Positions 20,073 to 28,817 of a stretch of 64,000 bases of DNA are shown piece after piece. The position numbers and the translations under genes are program-made. The stretch comes from an uncultured bacterium. GTDB taxonomy: Bacteria; Auribacterota; Erginobacteria; Erginobacterales; CAZKCI01. Positions within the stretch are counted from its first letter, which is position 1. Each line of letters opens with the position of its first letter. The notes under the pieces were generated by a model. The model saw only the letters and a program-made list of their open reading frames with translations, was not told the DNA's origin and did no database searches. Where the stretch lies: contig CAZOYW010000001.1 in assembly GCA_964584165.1 (NCBI GenBank), forward strand, positions 45,730 to 109,729. The letters are read 5' to 3'.

Positions 20073-20729
20073 TTAAAAAACGAGTTTGGCGATGTACTCG
20101 TTGTGCAAGGCCACGAAGAGGGACAGGAGGGGCGGGATCTGCTCCAGGCACTGGGCGGGGAGATCGTCCGGGACGGGAGCGTCCAGGCCGCCGAAGAAGA
20201 AGCGGTTGCGCGCCGCGGTGGCCCGGCCGTAGAACTTGACGATCGCGAGGACCTTCACCCCGTAGCTGGTCCGGAGCATCCGGACCGCGTCCTTCCACTC
20301 CACGTCGGTGATGGCGAGGAACAGCTCCCAGATCCTCCGGGTGACCGAGACGTTGTCCTTGAAGAGCTTGATCTGGACCTTCTCCGGGATCCCCGCCTTG
20401 CCCATGAACTTCTCCAGAAAGCTCTGGAGGAGAACCTCGACCAGGGTGCAGTAGAGGATGACCACCCCCCCCGCCCGGTGCTGCGGGAGGGCGGAGGGCG
20501 GATCCCCCCCCGCCCCGCCGGCGGAGAGGGAGATGATCTCCTCCATCAGACAGACCAGGCTGACCGCGGACCGGGGGAAGAAGAGCTTTTCGCCGTCGAG
20601 CGGAGCCCCGCAGCGCGGGCACTTCTCCTCCCGGGCCTTCTTGCGGTGGCCGCGGGAGACGATGTGGCAGGAAGGGCAGACGCTGTAGTCCACCAGGGCC
20701 GAGGTGGGCATGGAGGCGGAGGTCTTCAC
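20073..20729 (-). CDS. Hypothetical protein: zinc ribbon plus HEPN-like helical domain
   Basis: CPSC...CPRC; VVILYCTLVE; ARNRFFFG. Start may be 20711. Confidence 0.55.
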   Translation of the reverse strand: MKTSASMPTSALVDYSVCPSCHIVSRGHRKKAREEKCPRCGAPLDGEKLFFPRSAVSLVCLMEEIISLSAGGAGGDPPSALPQHRAGGVVILYCTLVEVLLQSFLEKFMGKAGIPEKVQIKLFKDNVSVTRRIWELFLAITDVEWKDAVRMLRTSYGVKVLAIVKFYGRATAARNRFFFGGLDAPVPDDLPAQCLEQIPPLLSLFVALHNEYIAKLVF

Positions 20730-20845
20730 GGTCGTTGCGGTGAGAAGCGCCAGCGATCGTTATCATTATATCACCCGTCCTCGCGGCGGGGAAGAGGAAT
20801 TGAATTCCATCAGGGCCGGGACGGGGACCGTTCCGATCGAAATCG

Positions 20846-20950
20846 CGGCGGCTCAACGCCGCTTTCGGAGTGCGGCGGCACGACGCCGCTCTGCTTCGCT
20901 CCGAAGTTTCCCCGCGATACTAAAGCGGCGCCCCGGCGCCGCACTCCAAA
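20846..20950. repeat. GGAGTGCGGCG...CGCCGCACTCC inverted element (REP-like)
   Basis: 11-bp perfect outer arms (20867-20877 / 20937-20947) with internal hairpins. Confidence 0.8.
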
Positions 20951-21000
20951 GCGCCCCGATAATTTTCGGGGCGCGGTCCGGCCGCCGCGCCACCGAGGCC

Positions 21001-22005
21001 TTACTGCCGGGGGAAGCGGGCCAGCTCGGCGTCGAGAAGGGAGCGGGCGAGGCGTCCGACCTGGGGGTCGTCTGGGTTGAACCCGCGGAAGCGGAGAAGC
21101 TCCCGGGCCTCGGCCAGCGCCCGGTCCTTAATGCCGGGAGTGGCGAGCGCCGTCCCGGCCGGCTTTTCCGCCCGCGCCGCCCCCTCCGCCGAGAGGACGG
21201 CGGTCCGGATGAGGTCTTTCAGGACCTCGTAGGCGAAATCTCTTCCGCGGACGTTGTCGAGGAGCTTGGTCCAGACCAGCGTGAACCAGCGCTCGTAGAC
21301 CCGGCCGAGGAGCGGGGCGCGGGAGATAAGAAAGTGGAGGAGGATGAGCAGGAGGGCGGAGGCGGCGAGGGTGGAGACGGTCAGGAAATGGGAGACCAGG
21401 TCCTTCCGGAACAGCCGGAGAAAGGCGAGCCCGACGTCGGCCGCCGAGGCGTGCTCGGCCTGGTCGAGGCGGGCGGCGAGCTCCCGGACCTTCTCCGCCT
21501 CCTCTTCCTCCCCCCGGAAGAAGAGCTCGCCCCTCCGCCCCGGCGGGAAGACCGTGAAGTCGTCCTCGCTCCAGCCGCCGCCGGACGCGCTGGAGAGGGC
21601 GATCAGGTCCCCCTTGACCGCCGCGGCGCGACGCCAGTCGAGCGGGATGGGGACGAGGGAAGAGGGGATCGCGAGTTCGTCCAGGGCGGCCGCGACGTCC
21701 CGGGCCAGGGCGAGATCTTCCTTCTCCCCCCTGAGGATGAGGAGCCCCGGAGAGCCCGCCGGGGGCGCGAAGACATAGGCGCGGACCGAGGGGAAGATCC
21801 CCCAGGTCCGGTTGACCGCGAGGAGGCTTTCGCGGATCGCCGCCGCCGGGGCGAAACGGGGGCTGTAGAAGGCGGACTCCGTCCCGAAGGCCAGGGGGGG
21901 CGCCTCCGGGGCGGGCGGGGAGGGGGCGGGGAGAAGGGCGAGGGGAAAGGCGAGGACCAGGGCGGGGAGGAGGACCAGTTTGGGGTGGATCGCGCTGCTC
22001 TTCAT
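21001..22005 (-). CDS. Hypothetical membrane protein with two secretin-N/NolW-like repeats
   Basis: Signal peptide; two (L/F)xxRGExE...xxLD repeats; one TM helix; basic C-terminal domain. Confidence 0.55.
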   Translation of the reverse strand: MKSSAIHPKLVLLPALVLAFPLALLPAPSPPAPEAPPLAFGTESAFYSPRFAPAAAIRESLLAVNRTWGIFPSVRAYVFAPPAGSPGLLILRGEKEDLALARDVAAALDELAIPSSLVPIPLDWRRAAAVKGDLIALSSASGGGWSEDDFTVFPPGRRGELFFRGEEEEAEKVRELAARLDQAEHASAADVGLAFLRLFRKDLVSHFLTVSTLAASALLLILLHFLISRAPLLGRVYERWFTLVWTKLLDNVRGRDFAYEVLKDLIRTAVLSAEGAARAEKPAGTALATPGIKDRALAEARELLRFRGFNPDDPQVGRLARSLLDAELARFPRQ

Positions 22006-22109
22006 AACCCGGCCGTTGCATCGGATTATTCGTGAAAACTGGCGCTTTTCATGAATAATCCGTACGGGCGGCCCATGATGGCACCGCAAGGGCCGGGGGT
22101 CAATTGAAA

Positions 22110-22301
22110 ATGAAGAAAATTCAACGGGGAAATATTACCGTCTGGTGCGACCTCTCCTGCCCCTGGGCGCGGCGGCCGGAGGAAACGGGGATCGACGGGG
22201 CGGGGTCCTGCCGCACCTTCGCGGCCCTCTACTGCCGGCGGCTCAAGCGCTACGTCCCGAAGAACGCCCCCTGCGCACGAAAATGTGCGCAGGGGCGTTG
22301 A
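22110..22301 (+). CDS. Small Cys-rich hypothetical protein (63 aa)
   Basis: WCDLSC...DGAGSCRTFAALYC...KNAPC; GC3-rich codons; divergent from the 22005 gene. Confidence 0.65.
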   Translation: MKKIQRGNITVWCDLSCPWARRPEETGIDGAGSCRTFAALYCRRLKRYVPKNAPCARKCAQGR

Positions 22302-22371
22302 ACCGCGGTCCAAGCGTATTCCGGCGCGGCGGGATCCTCCGCCAACACAAAATATTAAGTGTCCCTGATAT

Positions 22372-22408
22372 AAATTTCCGCGGACCGGCCGCCGGTCCGC
22401 GGAAATTT
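22372..22408. terminator. Perfect 17-bp hairpin between convergent genes (probable bidirectional terminator)
   Basis: AAATTTCCGCGGACCGG-CCG-CCGGTCCGCGGAAATTT. Confidence 0.6.
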
Positions 22409-22628
22409 AATGACACGTCGAGCAGCTATGGGACGAGCAGGAGGAGCAGGAGCGTCCGGAGGAAGCGGAGAACTTGATCCCCGCGCCCCCGAAGGCGAAG
22501 GTGGAAAACTGCTTCACGATCTTCTTCCCGCCGCACTTCGGGCAGCGCACCCGGCCCTCCTTCCCGAGACTCACCAGGGCGTCGAAGTTCCGGCGGCATT
22601 TCTGGCAGCGGTATTCGAAGATAGGCAT
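22407..22628 (-). CDS. FmdB-family zinc-ribbon protein
   Basis: MPIFEYRCQKC...F...CPKCG...KQFS; C-terminal CSSCSSHSCSTC. Confidence 0.9.
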   Translation of the reverse strand: MPIFEYRCQKCRRNFDALVSLGKEGRVRCPKCGGKKIVKQFSTFAFGGAGIKFSASSGRSCSSCSSHSCSTCH

Positions 22629-22681
22629 TAAAATATTCCTCCGGAATATTTTATTGCTCAGAGTGCAAAATCGAGCAATTG

Positions 22682-22728
22682 GTCATTGCGAGAACCCCGA
22701 GCTGAAGCGAGGGGGACGAAGCAATCTC
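22682..22728. repeat. GTCATTGCGAG...CGAAGCAATCTC palindromic element
   Basis: Second copy at 33195-33229. Confidence 0.8.
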
Positions 22729-23404
22729 AATCCGGGTTTTCGCTTTCGGGGGAGGCGACTTCCTCCTCGATCCGCTTGATCAACTGGCCAAGGGCCTGCA
22801 CGATCGCGCGGGAGAGGAACTGGTTATCCTCCAGCGTCGAGCGGATCGACTTCAGTGAGCCGAGAACCCGGCGCACGGTTTCGCCCTTGCGCTTCTCCCA
22901 GGCCGCGCCGGGGTCGACGGAGGCGGCCTGGGCCGCCTCGATCAGCGAGCGGTACTGGCGGCCGAGCTCCCGGGGCTCCACCTCGGCCCGGAAGACCGCC
23001 TCCTTCATCCGGGCGTAGTCGTCCTCTCCGATCGTCCGGCGGCCGCGGGCCTTTCTCAGGATGTCGACCGCTTCGAAGTCGGGGAGCCGCTCCCCCCTCC
23101 CCTCCTCCGCGAGCGCGGTGGAGAGAAAGTCGGGCGCCTCCCGCTTCAGAAACATGAAGGAGCGCAGCAGCTTGGCCACCGTCTGCTCCCGGATCTTCAG
23201 CTCGCGCGTGCAGTAGCTCTGAAAGGTGGCGAAGCCCCAGTCCTTGAACGTCTGCTTCCGGTCGACCGCCGCGAGATAGCGTCCGAGCTCGAGCCAGTTG
23301 CCCTTGAACTTCTTCACCGCCTCGAGCACCTGGGAGCGGAGGCTCGCCGGGTCAAGAAGGGCGAGCTTGTCCTCGATCTCCTGGATCGTCTTGGTCTTGG
23401 GCAT
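22727..23404 (-). CDS. Conserved hypothetical helical protein
   Basis: KKFKGNWLELGRYL...WGFATFQSYCTRELKIREQTVAKLLRSF; good coding bias. Confidence 0.65.
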   Translation of the reverse strand: MPKTKTIQEIEDKLALLDPASLRSQVLEAVKKFKGNWLELGRYLAAVDRKQTFKDWGFATFQSYCTRELKIREQTVAKLLRSFMFLKREAPDFLSTALAEEGRGERLPDFEAVDILRKARGRRTIGEDDYARMKEAVFRAEVEPRELGRQYRSLIEAAQAASVDPGAAWEKRKGETVRRVLGSLKSIRSTLEDNQFLSRAIVQALGQLIKRIEEEVASPESENPD

Positions 23405-23513
23405 GAAGACATCCTTGCGGTAGAATGGTTTTCCGCCGTCATGAGCGATGGCGATGGTTGGCGGCCGATCATTGATCGATGACAGATGATAAATGATAAG
23501 CTCTGGTTGACCA

Positions 23514-24959
23514 ATGAAATCATTGCCTCTCTCCCCCCGGGCCGCTCGCCTTTTCCTCCTCGCCCTCGCCCTTTTCATCCTCGCCTCCGCCCCCGGCGCG
23601 CGCTACCTCCTCGACTGGCTCCGGGGCGGCCTGGGGGCGGGGGGACTGAAGATCCTCGTCGGCGGCCTCTTCCTCCTCGCCGGGGCGGGCTTCGCCCGGC
23701 TGGTGCGCATTTGGACGCTCCCCGCCCCGAACATCCTCGCCCTCGCCGCCCTCCTCCTCGCCGGGGGCGCCGGATCGCTGGCCCTCGCCATCCCCGAGGA
23801 GCGGGTGCACCTGGCCGAGTTCGCCGCCCTAAGCTTCCTCGCCGCCGCCGCCGGGCCGCGCACCAAGGGCTGGCCGCTCGCCGCCCTCCTCTTCACCGCG
23901 CTCTTCGGCGGCCTCGACGAGCTCTTCCAGTGGCTCCTCCCCAACCGCGTCGGCGACCTCCGCGACGTCCTCTTCAACGCTCTGGGGGGGCTCTGGGGCG
24001 TCCTCCTCTACCTGGCCGCGACCGCCCGCCTGCGGGCCTCCTCGGCTTCGGCCGGAGCCGGGGCGCTCCTCCTCTCCTGCTTCCCCGCCACCGCTTCCGG
24101 GGGGGACCTGGAGCTCCTCTTCCTCGACGTCGGCTACGGTGACGCCATTCTCCTCACCAACCCGTCGGGGGCGCACATCCTCATCGACACCGGCTACCCC
24201 GAGGCCCGGGAGGCCGTCGCCGGGGAGCTCGCCCGGAGAGGGGTGAAGGCGCTCGACTGGCTGATCGTCACCCATCCCCACGCCGACCACCTCGGCAACG
24301 CGGTCTGGGCGCTTCGGGAGTTCCACCCCGCCCGTTGGGGCGACAACGGCCAGGCGATCGACCGCTTTTCCCGGAGCCTCACCGAGGAGATGGCCCGGGA
24401 ATATGAGAGGGAATTCCGGGGCGGGAAGGGCTACGCGCGCCTGAAGGCCGGCGACGCGATCGCCTGGGGGGAGGTCTCGCTCCGGGTGCTCTGGCCCGAC
24501 GCGCCGGCGGCGGAGGACTGGAACACCAACTCGCTCGCCCTCCGGGTCACCTCCGGGGGCTTCTCCGCGCTCCTCTCCGGAGACATCAACCTCCCCGCCG
24601 AGAGCGCCCTGATCGCCCGGGAGAAGGGGAACCTCGCCGGCGGCCTGCTCAAGGCCGGCCACCACGGCGCCGCCGACGCCTCGTCCGCGGACTGGCTCCG
24701 GGCGGTTTCGCCCCGCTGGGCGATCGTCTCGGTGGGGGCGAACGAGTGGGGCAATCCCGCCCCCGAGACGCTGCAAAGGCTCGCGGCGGCGGGGGGGCTG
24801 GTATTGCGGACCGACCGGGAGGGGATGATCTTGGTCCGCTACTCCCCTCCGGAAACGGTGCATATCTTCAGCCGCCGCTTCGGCCCCCTGATCACGAGCG
24901 TGCGGGATACGAACGGCGGAGCGCCGGCGGAGCGGAGCGGCCCGGCCGACGCTCGCTGA
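23514..24959 (+). CDS. VanZ-like membrane domain fused to a ComEC/Rec2-type metallo-beta-lactamase domain
   Basis: EERVHLAEF...GGLDELFQWLLPNRVGDLRDVLFN (VanZ); LDVGYGDA, THPHADHLG, LSGD, GHHG, SVG, RTD (ComEC MBL). Confidence 0.8.
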   Translation: MKSLPLSPRAARLFLLALALFILASAPGARYLLDWLRGGLGAGGLKILVGGLFLLAGAGFARLVRIWTLPAPNILALAALLLAGGAGSLALAIPEERVHLAEFAALSFLAAAAGPRTKGWPLAALLFTALFGGLDELFQWLLPNRVGDLRDVLFNALGGLWGVLLYLAATARLRASSASAGAGALLLSCFPATASGGDLELLFLDVGYGDAILLTNPSGAHILIDTGYPEAREAVAGELARRGVKALDWLIVTHPHADHLGNAVWALREFHPARWGDNGQAIDRFSRSLTEEMAREYEREFRGGKGYARLKAGDAIAWGEVSLRVLWPDAPAAEDWNTNSLALRVTSGGFSALLSGDINLPAESALIAREKGNLAGGLLKAGHHGAADASSADWLRAVSPRWAIVSVGANEWGNPAPETLQRLAAAGGLVLRTDREGMILVRYSPPETVHIFSRRFGPLITSVRDTNGGAPAERSGPADAR

Positions 24960-25040
24960 CCCCCGCCGCTCTCGCCCGTCTTGGGGGGGAGCTCGGTCCC
25001 CTAAAATCAGCGACCGGCCAGCGCCGATCGCTGCGCAGCC

Positions 25041-25090
25041 TTATGTAACTTTGCGTAACCTCGCGTAACCTTGCGTAACCTCGCGTAACC
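25041..25090 (+). repeat. Decamer tandem TYGCGTAACC-like x5 (family B)
   Basis: Counted directly; related array at 27361-27442. Confidence 0.9.
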
Positions 25091-25151
25091 CTGCCGCCGG
25101 CGGCAAATGCCTTGCACCCCGCTCGACGGCGACTTCCCTAGGCGCTGGGGC

Positions 25152-25889
25152 CTAAAACTTAAAGGCCATCCCGAAGCTTAAGACCGGGTAGACCGGCCAG
25201 TCGCGCACGTCGTCGGTAAAGTCGTCCTTCTCCTTGGCCAGGTCGACCCGGAAGGCGGGATCGGAGGCGAGGGGGCCGTCGGCGGAGACCGTGACGTCGC
25301 ACCAGGGGATGACCACGCCGAGGTCGAAGGAGAACGTCACGTCGCTGTCCTCGTCGACGGCGTCCCCCACGCCGATGCCGACATAGGGAGCGAGCGTGGG
25401 CAGGCTGACCTTCTTCGTCAGCGTCCCCACCCCGGCTCCGGGATAACGGTTGTCGCCGACCTTGATGTCTTCGGTCGACGACTCCTCGTATCTTCCGTAA
25501 CCGTTGGCCAGGCAGGCCCCCGCGCTGAGGCGAAACTGGCCGCCGCCGACGTGCCAGTCGAGCAGGAGCAGGCTGGTCAGGGTGCTCAGCTTGAAATGGT
25601 AGTCGTCCTCGTCCTCTTCCCGATGATAGGCGAAGCCCAGGTAGCTCAGGTTCCCCCGGAGGTTGAACTTCTCCGCGATCCCCACCGTGAGGTCCACGCC
25701 CGGCCCAAGCGTTCCGACCTTGAAGCCCATCGCCACGCCCGCCTGCCAGGAGGGCGAGGGCTGGGCCACCGGGGTTGCCCCGGCGTCCTTTTCCAGCCCG
25801 GCGGTGCCGGCCTCCTGGCCCCAGACGGTTTGAGTTCCGAGAAAGCAGGCGATCGCCGCGACCAACGCGCAGAATAGTTTTCCGCTCAT
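25152..25889 (-). CDS. Outer-membrane beta-barrel protein
   Basis: Signal peptide; KVGTLGPGVD, APYVGIG; C-terminal GMAFKF. Confidence 0.75.
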   Translation of the reverse strand: MSGKLFCALVAAIACFLGTQTVWGQEAGTAGLEKDAGATPVAQPSPSWQAGVAMGFKVGTLGPGVDLTVGIAEKFNLRGNLSYLGFAYHREEDEDDYHFKLSTLTSLLLLDWHVGGGQFRLSAGACLANGYGRYEESSTEDIKVGDNRYPGAGVGTLTKKVSLPTLAPYVGIGVGDAVDEDSDVTFSFDLGVVIPWCDVTVSADGPLASDPAFRVDLAKEKDDFTDDVRDWPVYPVLSFGMAFKF

Positions 25890-25947
25890 CGCGTTTCTCC
25901 TCTTGGTTGGGAGATTGACTCCACAGCCGCTGGGGCCGATGAAGGAG

Positions 25948-26053
25948 ATGGACCATATGGACGAGATGGACATTATGGACGATCTATGGCCGGCCTTACG
26001 GGCCAATACCGTCCATATCGTCCATGCCGTCCATAACGTCCATCTCGTCCATG
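25948..26053. repeat. Nonamer ATGGACnnn / GTCCATnnn tandem arrays in inverted arrangement
   Basis: 4 left units and 5 right units. Confidence 0.85.
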
Positions 26054-26082
26054 GCCCCGGAACCGGGTAATCTACCGGATCG

Positions 26083-27354
26083 TCACCCCGCCGCCAAGAA
26101 CAGAATCCCATAATAGGCGCCGGCGAGGAGGGCCAGGAGCCCCGCCGGGGGGAGGAGGAGACGGAAGCAGGAGGGAAAGCCCGCGCGGAAGTAGTCCTTG
26201 GAGAAGACGAAGCAGACGTGGATGGGCGAGAGGATCATCCCCAGATAGCCGCAGAAGAAGGCGAGCGACCCGCCGGCCAGAAGGGCGAGTTGCCCTCCCC
26301 CCTGGAGGAGGGGCACGACGATGGGGAAGGAGACGCCGACGTAGCCGAAGGCGATGCCGGTGATCAGCCCGGAGACAAAGGGCAGGAGGGCGATGACGAG
26401 AAGGGGCGGAACGCCGGCCGCCGTCAGCTCGTCCTTCACCGTGAGGGCGAGCCCCCCCTCGCGGAGAACGGCCCGGAGGGCCATGACCGCCAGGACCAGG
26501 CCGGCAAAGGAGACAAAGCGGCGGTCGCGGAGCGCGCCGAGGGCGGCGAACCCAGCCAGGCGGCGGTCGAGGATCGCGGCCAGGATGCCGAAGAGGAGGC
26601 CGCCGAGCATCGGAAGCTCCGGAGGGACCGCGCCCGCGGGGAGGAGCCTCCGGGCCAGGGAGAAGGCCGCGAGCGCGGCGACGAGGACGAGAAGCGGCCT
26701 CGCCTCGAAGAGGAGCCTTCGCCATCCCTCCTCCGCCCTCCCCTCTTCCCCGCCCCCCTCGCTAAAGTGCCTCCGGCGCAGAAGAAAGGCGGCGCCCGCG
26801 ATGACGGCGAAGACGGTCAGGGGGAACTGGACCAGGACGAAAAGACCCAGGGGGACCTCGAGGAGACCGACCGCCAGGATGAAACCGGGGTAGAGCGGCC
26901 ACCAGTATTCCCAGACGTGGCGGAACCAGTAGTTGATCACCGCCTTGCGTTCCCCCGGAAGACCGGCGCCGACCGAGGCCTGCTCCACCATCGGAGCCGA
27001 CAAGAGGGCCCCGCCCGGGAGGGGGAGGAAGCCGACCAAGGCGGGGAGAAGGGCGCTCGAGAGCCGGCGGTCGCGGACCACGCCCCGGAAAGCCTCCACC
27101 GCCCCTTGGAGCGCCCCCGCCGCCTCCAGGAGACGGCTGAGATAGAGGATGAGGAGGACGATCAGGAGGAGATAGGCGGTCTCGCGCTGGAAGGCGGCCC
27201 GAGCCATCGTCTCCGCGACCGCCCCGGGGGCCATCCCGGCCCAGACCCCGAGGAGCGCGCCGCCGGAGAGAAGGGCGACGGCCAGGGGGAGACCGAGGCG
27301 GTTGAGGAGAAGGATGGCGGCGAAGGAGAGAAGGAGCTTGAAGAGAGAAGGCAC
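26083..27354 (-). CDS. DUF401-family membrane protein (putative transporter)
   Basis: PALVGFLPLPGGALLSAPMV; NYWFRHVWEYWWPLYPG; SPIHVCF. Start placed outside the repeat. Confidence 0.85.
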   Translation of the reverse strand: MPSLFKLLLSFAAILLLNRLGLPLAVALLSGGALLGVWAGMAPGAVAETMARAAFQRETAYLLLIVLLILYLSRLLEAAGALQGAVEAFRGVVRDRRLSSALLPALVGFLPLPGGALLSAPMVEQASVGAGLPGERKAVINYWFRHVWEYWWPLYPGFILAVGLLEVPLGLFVLVQFPLTVFAVIAGAAFLLRRRHFSEGGGEEGRAEEGWRRLLFEARPLLVLVAALAAFSLARRLLPAGAVPPELPMLGGLLFGILAAILDRRLAGFAALGALRDRRFVSFAGLVLAVMALRAVLREGGLALTVKDELTAAGVPPLLVIALLPFVSGLITGIAFGYVGVSFPIVVPLLQGGGQLALLAGGSLAFFCGYLGMILSPIHVCFVFSKDYFRAGFPSCFRLLLPPAGLLALLAGAYYGILFLAAG

Positions 27355-27360
27355 GGAATA

Positions 27361-27442
27361 AAAGTTACGTAAGGTTACGAAAAGTGCGCTAGCGGTAACC
27401 TTACGTAACCTCACGTAACTTCACGCAACCTTACGTAACTTT
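27361..27442. repeat. Family B decamer array with inverted arm
   Basis: AAAGTTACGTAAGGTTAC pairs 17/18 with the right end. Confidence 0.88.
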
Positions 27443-28681
27443 TCTGTTTCCACCCGGAATCGCCAGGTTGAGCGCCACCCCGGTGATGCCCGCCAGGCCG
27501 ATCCCGGAGATACGGAAGTTCCCGATGGAGAAACACATCCCGCCGATCCCGAAGACCAGGATCAGGGAAACGATGATCAGGTTCCGGGGCGCGGTCAGGT
27601 CCTCCCGCGACCTGACCAGGGTCCCCAGCCCCACCACCGTGATCGCTCCGAAAAGGAGGAGCATAATCCCGCCCATGACCGGAGTCGGGATCGACTGGAG
27701 GAACGCCCCCAGCTTCCCCACGAAGGCGAGGAGGATGGCAAAGACGGCGGCCCAGGTCATGATCGCCGGGTTGAAGACCCGGATCAGCGTCACCGCCCCC
27801 GTGACCTCTGAGTAGGTGGTGTTGGGGGGGCCGCCGAGGAGGGCGGCGAGCGAGCTCGCCAGGCCGTCCCCGAGCAGGGTGTTCTGGATCCCGGGGTCCT
27901 TGAGATAGTCCCTCCCGGTCACCGAGCCGATCGCCAGGATGTCCCCGAAATGCTCGATCATGGGGGCGATCGCCACCGGCAGGATGAAGAAGACCGCCTC
28001 CCAGGACCAGCGGGGGAAGACGAACCGGGGGACCGCGAGCCAGGGCGCCCGGGAAACCGGGGAGAGATCCACCAGCCCGAGGAAGAGGCTGGCGGCGTAC
28101 CCCGCCGCGACCCCGCAGAGGATCGGGATGAGGCGAAGGAGGCCCCGACTCCGGATGGAGACCGCGATGGTGGCGGCCAGGGCGACCATGGCCGCGGCGA
28201 CCGGCTTCCAGCCGGCGAGGAGGACGACGCAGCCGTCCCCGCTCTTCCCCATCGCCATGTTCACCGCCACCGGCGAAAGCACCAACCCGATCACCATGAT
28301 CACCGGCCCGGTGACCACGGGGGGAAGGATCCTCTCCAGGAACCCTGACCCCTTCCAGCGCACCAGGAAGCTGACCACGACGTAGAGGATGCCGGAGACG
28401 GCCAGGCCGCAGAGGGTGGCCGGGATCCCCCAGTTCTTGACCCCGTAGATGATGGGGGCGATGAAGGCGAAGGAGGAGGCAAGGAAGATCGGGACCTTCC
28501 CCCGGGTGATGACCTGGAAAAGAAGGGTCCCCAGCCCGGCGGTGAAGAGGGCGACGTTGGGATCGAGGCCGGTGAGGAGGGGGACCAGGACCAGCGCCCC
28601 GAAGGCGACGAAGAGCATCTGGGCGCCGATCAGCGAATCCTGGAGGCGGAAACGGTAATCCGGGCTGGAATGGTCTCTCAT
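27431..28681 (-). CDS. uraA: Uracil/xanthine permease (NCS2)
   Basis: [14 protein letters not shown]; EHFGD; [13 protein letters not shown]2 signature. Confidence 0.95.
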   Translation of the reverse strand: MRDHSSPDYRFRLQDSLIGAQMLFVAFGALVLVPLLTGLDPNVALFTAGLGTLLFQVITRGKVPIFLASSFAFIAPIIYGVKNWGIPATLCGLAVSGILYVVVSFLVRWKGSGFLERILPPVVTGPVIMVIGLVLSPVAVNMAMGKSGDGCVVLLAGWKPVAAAMVALAATIAVSIRSRGLLRLIPILCGVAAGYAASLFLGLVDLSPVSRAPWLAVPRFVFPRWSWEAVFFILPVAIAPMIEHFGDILAIGSVTGRDYLKDPGIQNTLLGDGLASSLAALLGGPPNTTYSEVTGAVTLIRVFNPAIMTWAAVFAILLAFVGKLGAFLQSIPTPVMGGIMLLLFGAITVVGLGTLVRSREDLTAPRNLIIVSLILVFGIGGMCFSIGNFRISGIGLAGITGVALNLAIPGGNRKVT

Positions 28682-28817
28682 CGTTGATCTCCTTTCCGAC
28701 TGAAATTATTCACAAATCCCGCGCCGACGCCTAATGAAATGATGAAAAAATGTTATGGCGGTCGGGGCGTTCCTGCCCCATAATGCGGCGCTTTGTCCTC
28801 TCCCGAAGGAGGCCCTC

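Noticed and set aside
20049-20075. GGCCGGCC hairpin as a terminator
   Set aside because: No U-tract downstream on either strand.
18495-21080. 861-aa plus-strand ORF, and similar long ORFs (2320-4020, 12897-14903, 28731-30152, 40607-42712)
   Set aside because: Antisense shadows typical of high-GC DNA; no motifs, and they overlap well-supported genes.
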